Part shown: one piece after another, positions 9,050 to 18,100 of the stretch
Layout: every line of letters begins with the position of its first letter
Position numbering within the stretch: position 1 is the stretch's first letter
Assembly (NCBI GenBank): GCA_016220175.1
Contig: JACRHZ010000017.1
Location: forward strand, 25,782-57,781
Source: Candidatus Peregrinibacteria bacterium
GTDB lineage: Bacteria; Patescibacteriota; Gracilibacteria; CAIRYL01
Length of the DNA stretch: 32,000 nt
Direction: 5' to 3'
Position numbers and translations under genes: made by a program
Notes under the pieces: model-generated
What the model was told of the DNA's origin: nothing
The model's input: the letters and a program-made list of their open reading frames with translations, nothing else
The model's database searches: none

Positions 9050-10594
9050 TTAGTCTTCTTCTTCTTCTTCTTCTTGTTTTTTAAAAAGCCGAAGGAGTGT
9101 TTTGTCGATGGCTCGAGAAGCGATGAGCATCGCGGTATAAACAGCAACTGAAAGTGGAATAATAATTCCCAGCGATGTTTTTCCGACAGATGATCCCCAG
9201 TATTTCCAAGAGAAATACGCGAAAAAACCCATAACAAACGAAGCGAAAATCGTTCCAAGAATCTGCCGAAAATGTACACGAAATGAAGCATGTCGAAAGA
9301 CAAAATACGTTCCCCATACGAGAATAAATACTTCAGAGATCAGCGATGTTACCGACGCGCCGATATATCCATATTTCGGAATGGCGTAAATATTCAGCAG
9401 AAAATTAAAAAGCAGCGCTCCAAAATTAATCCACAAAATCTTTTTTTGTTCTCCAAGTGCGATGAGAACAAAATTGAAAAATGTGGTAAAAAATATAAAG
9501 AGCAGCAAAGGACTCAGAATTTGAAGAGCGTTTTCACTTCCAAAGTTTTCTGGTGTCACAAGCTCTACAATTGGCTTTGCCAAAACATAAAGTCCAACGC
9601 TCGCAGGGACAGAGATGAGTAAGAGGAAGAAAAAACAAAGGGATAATCTGCCCTGAAGTTGTTTTTCATTTTTTTCATGAGCTGAATGCGAAAGTGAAGG
9701 AAGTACTGAATTCATGAAATATATTGGAACGAGAACAATCACTTCAACAATTCGCACCGCAACGGCATAAATTCCGGTTTGGATATCTCCGCAAAATTGT
9801 GCTGAACATATCCCCGCATCATCTGAATGGGGAAGAATAATTCCCATCATCGTAATGTCGAGACGGAAATAAATTGTATTCAGAAATATCGCAATCCCAA
9901 ATGGGATCGCCATATCAAAGAGTTCTCTGATGAGCTTTATGTTTTTGTTCGGCCTTAACGACACGTATTTTCTCGCGTATAATATCGTTACAATAAGCGT
10001 TACAGCGCTTCCGAGAACCCCCGTCCAAATAATTTGATAAAAACTTTCTTCTGTTGGTTCTGGAACAAAGAAGAAAATAATCGCGAGAGTAAGAGCAAAT
10101 GTTACTATTTTTCCGATGACGAGAGCAAACGATTGGTACTTCATCTTGAGGTGAATGAGGAAAATAGTCGAAATCGTTCCACTCAGAATAAATATTCCCG
10201 TGCCGATTCCAGCAATAAAAACGCCATACGGAATTTCCGTGCCCTGATATGCCGGAATCAAATAGGCAATGACAGAAGCGACCGCAAGAGCGAAAAGAAG
10301 AGAGACAATTCGAAGCGTAAGCGCGGAAGAAAAAATTTCCTGCACCTCATCTGTTTTTTTTGCCATTTCTCTCACCGCAATTGTAAAAATTCCGAGATCC
10401 GCGAGGGATGCGAATATCGCGATGTACTCAAAAATAGTGACATACGTTCCATATTTTGCTTGTCCAACTGCTACATTTCCATGAGCCCAATAATGTATTA
10501 AAAAGCCGATACTAATAAAAGCAAAAATTGCGTTAATAACGCGACCCATAATTTGCCAAAAAGTATTGCTGAGGATTTTGCGAGTAAGACTCAT
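9050..10594 (-). CDS. polytopic MOP-superfamily flippase (Wzx/polysaccharide-biosynthesis-protein-like)
   Basis: 514 aa, hydrophobic helices throughout. The N-terminus KILSNTFWQIMGRVINAIFAFI resembles the Polysacc_synt/MurJ-like family. Family assignment is by pattern only. The acidic tail KKQEEEEEED is encoded by (CTT)7. Confidence 0.6.
   Translation of the reverse strand: MSLTRKILSNTFWQIMGRVINAIFAFISIGFLIHYWAHGNVAVGQAKYGTYVTIFEYIAIFASLADLGIFTIAVREMAKKTDEVQEIFSSALTLRIVSLLFALAVASVIAYLIPAYQGTEIPYGVFIAGIGTGIFILSGTISTIFLIHLKMKYQSFALVIGKIVTFALTLAIIFFFVPEPTEESFYQIIWTGVLGSAVTLIVTILYARKYVSLRPNKNIKLIRELFDMAIPFGIAIFLNTIYFRLDITMMGIILPHSDDAGICSAQFCGDIQTGIYAVAVRIVEVIVLVPIYFMNSVLPSLSHSAHEKNEKQLQGRLSLCFFFLLLISVPASVGLYVLAKPIVELVTPENFGSENALQILSPLLLFIFFTTFFNFVLIALGEQKKILWINFGALLFNFLLNIYAIPKYGYIGASVTSLISEVFILVWGTYFVFRHASFRVHFRQILGTIFASFVMGFFAYFSWKYWGSSVGKTSLGIIIPLSVAVYTAMLIASRAIDKTLLRLFKKQEEEEEED
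9055..9075. repeat. (CTT)7 trinucleotide microsatellite encoding the poly-Glu tail of the flippase
   Basis: cttcttcttcttcttcttctt read directly. On the minus strand it gives GAA x6 before GAC TAA. Confidence 0.95.
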
Positions 10595-10597
10595 GGG

Positions 10598-10639
10598 GGA
10601 AGTAGGAAGTAGGAATTAGGAAGTAGGAAGTAGGAATAT
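10598..10639. repeat. second GGAAGTA heptamer array (6 units)
   Basis: ggaagta ggaagta ggaatta ggaagta ggaagta ggaatat, abutting the flippase start codon (10594, minus strand). Confidence 0.95.
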
Positions 10640-10806
10640 GTTAGTCTTATTTATCATGATCCAATCCTTCTTATTTCCAGGAAAGTGTGCGGGAAAAGGG
10701 GAATTTTTTCAAATACAATAAATACAAGATGGAAAAAATCTGAGGGTTTGCTAGAGTATACTCAAGCTTTTTCATTGTTCTCCACTTTTCATAATCATCA
10801 ATAATA

Positions 10807-11868
10807 ATGGGTCAGTTTTTTACTCTTCCCCCCAGACAGCTTTCGATTTTTCTCGAAAAAGTTCTTGCGAAAGGGCACAGGGTTATTGCCCCTCAAAAAA
10901 AAGGTCTCGTTCGATTTGAAGAATTGCATAATGCAAAAAATCTTTATCTGAAAGAGAACTCCTATTTTCCACTCAAAGAATATTTTTTTGGAAAACACGA
11001 AACTATTTTCGAATACAATAATGCAAAGATTCGTATTCCTAAAATCAAAACGCAACAAAAAATATTTTTTGGGATTCGTAGATGTGATTTGAATGCCATA
11101 GCCCATCAAGATCTCGTATTTCTGAGCGGGAAACATCCCGATCCCTATTACACTGCACGAAGAAAGGGGAGTGTTTTTATCGGATACCATTGCAACACGC
11201 CTCCGAGTAAATATTGTTTTTGTGGCTCGCTCGATCTGGAAGACTTTTACGATATTATGATTTGGAGAAAAAAAGAGTATTTTCTCCTTCACGTTCAAAC
11301 AAAAGCTGGAGAGAAGTTTCTGAAACCATTCCTTTCTCTGTTCAAAAAGAAAAAATATTCACTTACTCAAAAAGACCAAAAAATTCCGGGAACGAATCTC
11401 CTCAAGAAAAAAAATATTCGTAAACTGTATGGGAGTCGTGATTGGGAAAAAGGAGCGGCAATGTGTTTAAGTTGTAGCGCGTGTACTACGCTCTGTCCCA
11501 CGTGTTATTGTCACGAACTCTCGGATATTCCTGATCTTAAAAAATCGGGGACTGGAAAACGAGTTCGGTGTTGGTCTTCTTGCCAGCTGAAGTCATTCAC
11601 GCGTGTTGCGGGGAATCATATTTTTCGAGAAAAACGCGTACAGAGGTTCAAACATCGAATTTATCATCAGCTCGAGTATTTCAAAGAAAAAAATGGGAAG
11701 AATCTCTGTGTTGGATGCGGACGATGCATTTCCGGATGTCCGACGAGAATTGATTTTATTTCTCTTATTAATAGTATGGAGCCATCGAAAAAGAAAATAA
11801 GTCAAAAGATGCAGAAAAAGATTCATAAGAGGTTTCCGGTTTCTGCGTACACGAAGGAGAATTTTTAA
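10807..11868 (+). CDS. hydB: group 3b [NiFe] hydrogenase (sulfhydrogenase-type) beta subunit, 2x[4Fe-4S]
   Basis: Cys clusters CLSCSACTTLCPTCYC and CVGCGRCISGCP. AsrA/HydB-like size (353 aa). First gene of a B-G-D-A ordered cluster. Confidence 0.75.
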   Translation: MGQFFTLPPRQLSIFLEKVLAKGHRVIAPQKKGLVRFEELHNAKNLYLKENSYFPLKEYFFGKHETIFEYNNAKIRIPKIKTQQKIFFGIRRCDLNAIAHQDLVFLSGKHPDPYYTARRKGSVFIGYHCNTPPSKYCFCGSLDLEDFYDIMIWRKKEYFLLHVQTKAGEKFLKPFLSLFKKKKYSLTQKDQKIPGTNLLKKKNIRKLYGSRDWEKGAAMCLSCSACTTLCPTCYCHELSDIPDLKKSGTGKRVRCWSSCQLKSFTRVAGNHIFREKRVQRFKHRIYHQLEYFKEKNGKNLCVGCGRCISGCPTRIDFISLINSMEPSKKKISQKMQKKIHKRFPVSAYTKENF

Positions 11869-11901
11869 TCCAAATTTCTTCATCACAAAAATCTCCACCA
11901 A

Positions 11902-12708
11902 ATGTCACAAAAAAACGCCCTCATCCCTCGGCCCGTAAAAGTTCTCGATGTCTATCATGAATCGCCCGATACGATTACGATCACGCTTGATATGCAAGTG
12001 GATCATGAACCGGGACAATTTATTCAGGTGAGTCTCTTTGGAATTGGAGAGGCTCCAATTTCCATTAGTTCATACTCCAACAAATTTTTAAAAATTAGCG
12101 TTCGTGCCATCGGAAACGTCACCAATGAACTTGCGAAAGTGCAAAAAGGAGATATTCTGCACGTTCGTGGTCCATATGGAAATGGATATCCGCTGAAGGA
12201 ATATTTTGGAAAGAGTATAGTTTTAATTGGTGGGGGATGTGGAGTTGCGCCACTTAAAGGGGCAATTGACTACATTGAAGCGCATCGAGAAAAATTCCAT
12301 GATATCTATCTTTTTCTTGGGTTTCGCGGACCTGCTGATATTCTTTTTAAACGGGAACTCGTCGAATGGAGAAAAAAGTATCACATTGAAACGACAGTGG
12401 AGGAAGTTCCGCAGGGAACTTGTTATACCGGACAAAGCGGATACATCACCAAAGCACTCAGTGCATTTTCCATTTGCGGTCCAGACCGCTTTGTTGTTTT
12501 TATGTGTGGTCCTCCACCAATGATGAACGCATCTGTAAAAATTCTTCGTGAAAAAAAAGTTCCTTTTTCACGAATGTTTGTGAGTACTGAACGACTCATG
12601 TACTGTGCAATCGGGCAATGTTGCCACTGTATGGTTCGAGATAAATTTATCTGTACTGATGGACCGGTGTTTTGCTATGAAGATATCAGGAGAATTAAAT
12701 CCGACTGA
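11902..12708 (+). CDS. hydG: group 3b hydrogenase gamma subunit (PyrK/AsrB-like FAD/NAD(P)H oxidoreductase with [2Fe-2S])
   Basis: Ferredoxin-reductase-like layout: GQFIQV..., VLIGGGCGVAPL nucleotide-binding loop, MCGPPPMM. C-terminal CAIGQCCHCMV...CTDGPVF cysteine cluster. Confidence 0.8.
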   Translation: MSQKNALIPRPVKVLDVYHESPDTITITLDMQVDHEPGQFIQVSLFGIGEAPISISSYSNKFLKISVRAIGNVTNELAKVQKGDILHVRGPYGNGYPLKEYFGKSIVLIGGGCGVAPLKGAIDYIEAHREKFHDIYLFLGFRGPADILFKRELVEWRKKYHIETTVEEVPQGTCYTGQSGYITKALSAFSICGPDRFVVFMCGPPPMMNASVKILREKKVPFSRMFVSTERLMYCAIGQCCHCMVRDKFICTDGPVFCYEDIRRIKSD

Positions 12709-12723
12709 AGTAATTTTTAATTT

Positions 12724-12868
12724 TGTCCCGCATTGCGGGATTAAATTTCTAAATAATTTCTAAATTCTAATTTTTAAAATTTGTTATTGATAATACTCAG
12801 ATATTTCTCATTTAGAAATTAAACATTAAAATTTATTTAAAAATTCGAAATTCGAAATTTAAAATTTT
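12724..12868. repeat. AT-rich palindromic intergenic element, copy A (hydG-hydD spacer)
   Basis: GC hairpin tcccgc-att-gcggga (12726-12740). Left arm ttaaatttctaaataatttctaaattctaatttttaaaa. Unrelated loop. Right arm tttagaaattaaacattaaaatttatttaaaa is roughly the reverse complement. AAATTCG heptamers at 12841-12868. Confidence 0.8.
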
Positions 12869-12888
12869 TCCCCCTCTTCTCCAAACGC

Positions 12889-13647
12889 ATGGAAAAAACG
12901 AAGCTTAAAGTCGGCATCTTCTCTATCACCGGCTGTGCAGGATGTCAGCTCAGCGTGATTTTTAACGAAGATGAACTCTTGCCGCTCTTAAGTCTCATCG
13001 ATCTCCATGCGTTTCCATTTATCAAAAAAGTAAATGCGGAAGAAAATTTTGACTACGTGCTTATGGAAGGCTTAGTGGCAACGAAGGAAGATCTTCAAAA
13101 GCTCAAAAAAATTCGAAAAAATACAAAAAATCTCATTGCCCTTGGAGCATGTGCGCATACAGGATGCATTCCCGCATATCGAAATTTCACACTAAAAAAC
13201 AGATTTAACACTGTATATAACCACACATTGGAAAATATCAGAGGAAACCTCAAAAGCATTTCTCCATCGCCAATAGACGCTCATGTAAAGGTCGATTACA
13301 CCATTCCCGGATGTCCGCCGGATAAAAATGAAATTCTTTCTACGCTTTACAAAATTGCGAATGGTCTTACTCCTCGTCCGTATTCCGAACCGGTTTGCGT
13401 TGAATGTCGAAGAAATGGGAATCCGTGTTTACTCGAATTTGATAAACCATGTCTTGGACCAATAACTCGCGGTGGGTGCAATTCGGTCTGCACGAATTCC
13501 GGATTTGAATGTTGGGGGTGTCGAGGACACACTGATGACGCGAATGAAAAAGTTTTGATCGAATATTTTCGAAAAAAAGGATACTCGAGGAAGTGGATTG
13601 ATGAGAGGATGAAGACGTTTGTGGGGATGAAAATGGGAAAATTTTAA
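12889..13647 (+). CDS. hydD: group 3b [NiFe] hydrogenase small (delta) subunit
   Basis: Proximal-cluster motifs ITGCAGCQ, GACAHTGC, IPGCPP. A Cys-rich distal region follows (CVECRRNGNPC...CLGPITRGGCNSVC...CWGCRG). Confidence 0.85.
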   Translation: MEKTKLKVGIFSITGCAGCQLSVIFNEDELLPLLSLIDLHAFPFIKKVNAEENFDYVLMEGLVATKEDLQKLKKIRKNTKNLIALGACAHTGCIPAYRNFTLKNRFNTVYNHTLENIRGNLKSISPSPIDAHVKVDYTIPGCPPDKNEILSTLYKIANGLTPRPYSEPVCVECRRNGNPCLLEFDKPCLGPITRGGCNSVCTNSGFECWGCRGHTDDANEKVLIEYFRKKGYSRKWIDERMKTFVGMKMGKF

Positions 13648-13800
13648 ATTTTGAAATTCCAAATTTCTAAATAATTTCTAAATCGTAATTTTTAAACAAC
13701 GAAAAAGAAAATTCATGCTGAACAATATGAAATTTTGAAATTAAAAATTAGAAATTAAGATTTATTTAGAAATTTAAAATTTTAAAATTAAAAATTTCTC
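13640..13800. repeat. AT-rich palindromic intergenic element, copy B (hydD-hydA spacer)
   Basis: Left arm aaatttctaaataatttctaaatcgtaatttttaaac. Right arm ttaaaaattagaaattaagatttatttagaaattt is its near reverse complement. RAAATTA heptamers at 13737-13764. Confidence 0.8.
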
Positions 13801-13817
13801 AACATCGTCTAAAATTT

Positions 13818-15098
13818 ATGACACAGACAATTTCTCTCAACCACATCACCAAAATCGAAGGTCATGCTTCGCTCCGTATTGTCGTAGAGAAGGGGAAAGT
13901 AAAAAAATGTAACCTTTCTTCCGTAGAAGGTGCGCGATATTTTGAAGAACTTCTGATCGGAAGAGATTATACCGAAGCATTTGAACTCACTTCTCGAATT
14001 TGTGGAATTTGCAGTTCTGCTCATGTGATTTGTTCTATCACTGCTGTGGAAAATGCGCTTGGAATGAAAGCATCTGAACAAACCCTCAGACTTCGCGAAC
14101 TCTTAACACTCGGCGAAAGGATTCGCAGTCATGCGACGCATCTTTATTTTCTCGCACTTCCAGACTATCTCGGATATGAGTCCGCAATGGCAATGATTCC
14201 AAAATACACAAAAGAAATTGAACGGGCGCTTCGGCTCATGAAAATAGGAAATCTCATCGTCAAAATAATTGGGGGGAGAGATCTTCATCCGGTTTCAGCC
14301 CACGTTGGTGGATTTTCTTCATTCCCGAGAGAAGAAGAAATCCAAAACTGCCAAAAAGAACTTCAAAGTGTCCTCAAAGATGCGATTAAAACTGCAAAGC
14401 TTTTTATGAAACTCAAATTTCAGAAGTTTGAACGTGAAATTGAAATGTTTTCGCTCACAGATTCAAAAGGATACGCAATGCTTCATGGGGATCTTACTTC
14501 CGGAAAACATGTCTATAAACAATCAGAATTTGAAAAATATTTTTCGGAATTTCACGAGCCGCATTCCACGTCGAAATTTGCGCTGAAAGAAGGCAAAGAA
14601 TACAGGGTTGGAGCGCTTTCGCGGCTGAATCATAATTCAGAGCAGCTTTTTCCCTACGCAAAAAAAATGCTGAAAAAATCCAAACTTCGCCTTCCATCAT
14701 ATAATCCGTTTTTGAACAATCTCGCTCAAGCGATTGAACTTGTTCATGCGATCGAACATGCGATTCACATTTTTTCGAGTCTGAAAATTCGATCAGAAAA
14801 AATTCGAAAGCCAGTTCTTAAAAAATCATGTAAAGGAATTGCGGGAATTGAAGTTCCGCGCGGAATTTTGTGGCATGAATATGAGTTTAATGCCAAAGGG
14901 AAAATTACCAAAGCGAACATCATTACTCCCACAAGCCAAAATGTAAGAGCAATTCAAGAGGATATCAGAACATTTCTTCCAACGGTTCTTCATCTTTCCA
15001 GACCAGAAATCGAACTCGAAATAGAAAAACTTATTCGCTCGTATGATCCGTGCTTTTCCTGTTCAACGCATTTTTTGGATGTGAAGTGGGAAGAGTAA
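13818..15098 (+). CDS. hydA: group 3b [NiFe] hydrogenase large (alpha) catalytic subunit
   Basis: N-terminal NiFe ligand motif RICGICSSAH. C-terminal DPCFSCSTH followed by an 8-aa tail (FLDVKWEE) of the kind removed by a maturation endopeptidase. Confidence 0.9.
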   Translation: MTQTISLNHITKIEGHASLRIVVEKGKVKKCNLSSVEGARYFEELLIGRDYTEAFELTSRICGICSSAHVICSITAVENALGMKASEQTLRLRELLTLGERIRSHATHLYFLALPDYLGYESAMAMIPKYTKEIERALRLMKIGNLIVKIIGGRDLHPVSAHVGGFSSFPREEEIQNCQKELQSVLKDAIKTAKLFMKLKFQKFEREIEMFSLTDSKGYAMLHGDLTSGKHVYKQSEFEKYFSEFHEPHSTSKFALKEGKEYRVGALSRLNHNSEQLFPYAKKMLKKSKLRLPSYNPFLNNLAQAIELVHAIEHAIHIFSSLKIRSEKIRKPVLKKSCKGIAGIEVPRGILWHEYEFNAKGKITKANIITPTSQNVRAIQEDIRTFLPTVLHLSRPEIELEIEKLIRSYDPCFSCSTHFLDVKWEE

Positions 15099-15110
15099 GC
15101 TTTTTAAGAA

Positions 15111-15150
15111 GGAGAGGACGCACATACGCATCCTCTCCGAGAGTTTTTTT
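15111..15150. terminator. GC-rich hairpin terminator between convergent hydA and copA
   Basis: ggagagga (15111-15118) pairs with tcctctcc (15131-15138). A T7 run lies at 15144-15150. Confidence 0.7.
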
Positions 15151-18100
15151 ACCATGAGAATTCAGTACTAACAAAGTGCATTTCATCGAGAAGTGTTCCT
15201 GTTGAGGGAAGAATCTTGGTGATGATTACTTTATTTCCAAAGAAATCATCGAGAAGATCTCCTTCTTTTGTGAAGAGATTTTCGCTGAGCATAATCTTTG
15301 CTTCGGTCGCGCCAAGGATTACGGGAACATATTTATTTTTCCCAAGAGAAATAGAACGGAGATCCTCAAATTGTATTTCATTCACGAGTCGTGAAGGAAT
15401 TGACCCAGGACCAAAAATGACATAAAACTTTTTTATATTTTCTCCTGCAAGTTCGAGTTTTATTGGGTTTCCAGAAATCTGCGTAAATGCTTCTGGGGAA
15501 AGAAGATGTGATATGTCCAGGAATGTACCCGTTGGCGCCAAAACTCCTGAAATTTTCACTGAAGGAAGACCGAAAAAGTCAACAATTTCATCTCCTGCTT
15601 TTTGAAATAAATTCTCCTTTTTCATCACTTTTGCTTCCTCTGCTCCGACAAGTGTTTCAAAAGTTCCATCGATCGTAATTTTCCCTTCAGAAGCTGTTAT
15701 TTGAGGAATAAGACGAGAGTCAGTAAATACTTTTGGTGTTCCTTCTGGACTGAACGCCATTTTAAATTTCTTTTGAGCAATATTCCTATTTATTTGTGAT
15801 ATAACTGCGCTTTCCGCAGTTCCAAGGGTCGGTTCCTTCGACATTCTTGAGCTTGTTACTGCAAATTGCCAAAATGCGAAAGTAAAGAGAAGTACCATAA
15901 AAACAGGAGCAATCATGGAAATATAATTCCGTTTGCGTGGTTTAAAATTTCTGAGGAGCAATGAATTGAGTACTACGGAAACAGAGCTGAGCGCCATAGC
16001 AAGACCCGCAAGTTCTGGCTTCAGAATGAGGCCAAAGCTCGCAAATACGCGCGCTGCAATAGGAATCCCAATAACGTTGTAAAAAAGCGCGAAAAACATA
16101 TTCTGCTTTATTTTCCCCATGGTTTCACGGGAAAGTTTGAGCGCCGTAACGACGTCGCGGAGATCATTCTTGATAATCACAATTCCGCCAGCTTCAAGCG
16201 CAACATCTGTTCCAGATCCCATCGCAATTCCAAGATTTGCTTGAGCGAGAGCAGGCGCGTCATTAATGCCATCTCCCACCATCGCCACTTTTTTCCCGAG
16301 TTCCTGAAGTTTCTTGACTTCCCTCGCTTTATCTTCGGGAAGAACTTCCGCGAGGACATTGGTAATTCCGACTTCATCTGCAATTGATTTTGCTGTTCTC
16401 ATGTTATCTCCTGTGATCATATACACTTCGAGCCCCATGCGAATGAGCTTGGTAATGGCTTCCTTGGAGGTTTCTTTTACGGTATCTGCAACCGCAATGC
16501 ATCCCAAAATTTCACTTTTCGATGCGAGAATCATTACCGTTTTTCCCTTTTCTTCCAGTTTTACTATTTTTCTCTCGATTTTCGACATTTCCAGAAGCGC
16601 GTATTCCGCAATGAGTTTTCTGTTGCCGAGGAAATATTCAACATTTTCAATTTTTCCCGTTACTCCATGACCAGGAATTGCCTGAAAATCCTCAACCTCG
16701 CTAAATGTAACTCCTTCTTCCTCCGCGGAAGCGTAAATAGACTCAGCAAGAGAGTGTTCTGAAAGCTTTTCAAGTGATGCCGCTATTTGCAAAACATCTT
16801 CTTCATCACCTGTTCCAAAACTCACTACGTCTGTTACTTCAGGTTTTCCTTTCGTGAGAGTTCCAGTTTTATCAAATATAAGAGTGGTAATGTTTCGCGC
16901 CGCTTCAAGAGGTTCGCCTCCTTTAATCAGAATTCCATTTTCAGCGCCTTTTCCTGTTCCCACCATGAGCGCTGTTGGCGTTGCAAGTCCAAGAGCACAC
17001 GGACATGCGATGACAATGACTGCCGTGAAAGCAAGGAGAGCAAATGAGAGAGATGCGCCTAAAAGAAAGTACCAAATGATAAATGTGAGAATGGCAATAC
17101 CGATAACTGCTGGAACAAACCATGAAGATATACGATCAGCAAACGCCTGAATTGGCGCTTTTGATCCTTGTGCTTCTTCAATAAGGCGAATAATTTGAGC
17201 GAGTGTTGTTTCAGATCCTATTCTTTGTGCTTCAAACTCAAATGTTCCTGTTTTATTGATCGTTGCTCCAATGACCATATCACCGACAGTTTTTTCCACA
17301 GGAATACTTTCTCCACTAATCATCGATTCATCGAGAGAAGATGATCCTTTCATAATAACTCCATCGACCGGAACTTTCTCTCCCGGTCTGACCATAATAA
17401 TATCCCCATGGGTGACTTCATCAATGGGAATATCTTTCACTGAGCCATTGCGAACAACCCGCGCCGTTTTTGCCTGAAGTCCCATGAGCTTGGTAATGGC
17501 GTCTGATGTTCTTCCCTTTGCCTTCGATTCTAGCCACTTTCCGAGGAGCACGAATGTAATTAGAAATGCCGCTGTCTCAAAATACAAGTCTGGGACTTTT
17601 TCTCCATTGAGACCTAAAACAGAAAAATTGTTGAATGAGGAAACGAGATAATTTCCAAGACTGTAAAAAAACGCGGTACTTGTTCCGATAGCGATAAGGC
17701 TATCCATGTTAAATGTTCTCATCTTGAGGCTTGACCATGCGCCTTTATAAAACCCAGAACCTGCGTAAAATTGTACGGGAATGGTGAGGATGAGCGAAAT
17801 AATTCCAATGTATGGTGGGAAAAAATTCCCTCCAGGGAGCCACTTGAAGAAATCAAGAAGCATGAAATAGAGCATCGGAAGACTGAGGACGAGGGAAAAT
17901 ATAAATTTATGGAAGTAGTGTGAAATCGTCATTTCACGCTTTTTTCGTTCCGCTCCAGTATCAGTTTCAGAAAGAATTTCTACTCCATATCCTGCTTTTT
18001 TTACGGCATTCATGACATCTTGAATTGAATTTTTGGTTTCATCGAACACTACAGAAGCCTTTTCTGCAGCAAAATTCACATTCGCCGTTTTGACACTCTC

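Noticed and set aside
9055-9075. (CTT)7 as a phase-variation switch for the flippase
   Set aside because: Unit changes are multiples of 3 and only alter the length of the C-terminal poly-Glu tail. They cannot switch the reading frame.
10807-12708. hydB/hydG as anaerobic sulfite reductase subunits AsrA/AsrB
   Set aside because: The families are homologous, but no AsrC-like sirohaem subunit follows. Instead the genes are followed by NiFe hydrogenase small and large subunits in the canonical B-G-D-A order.
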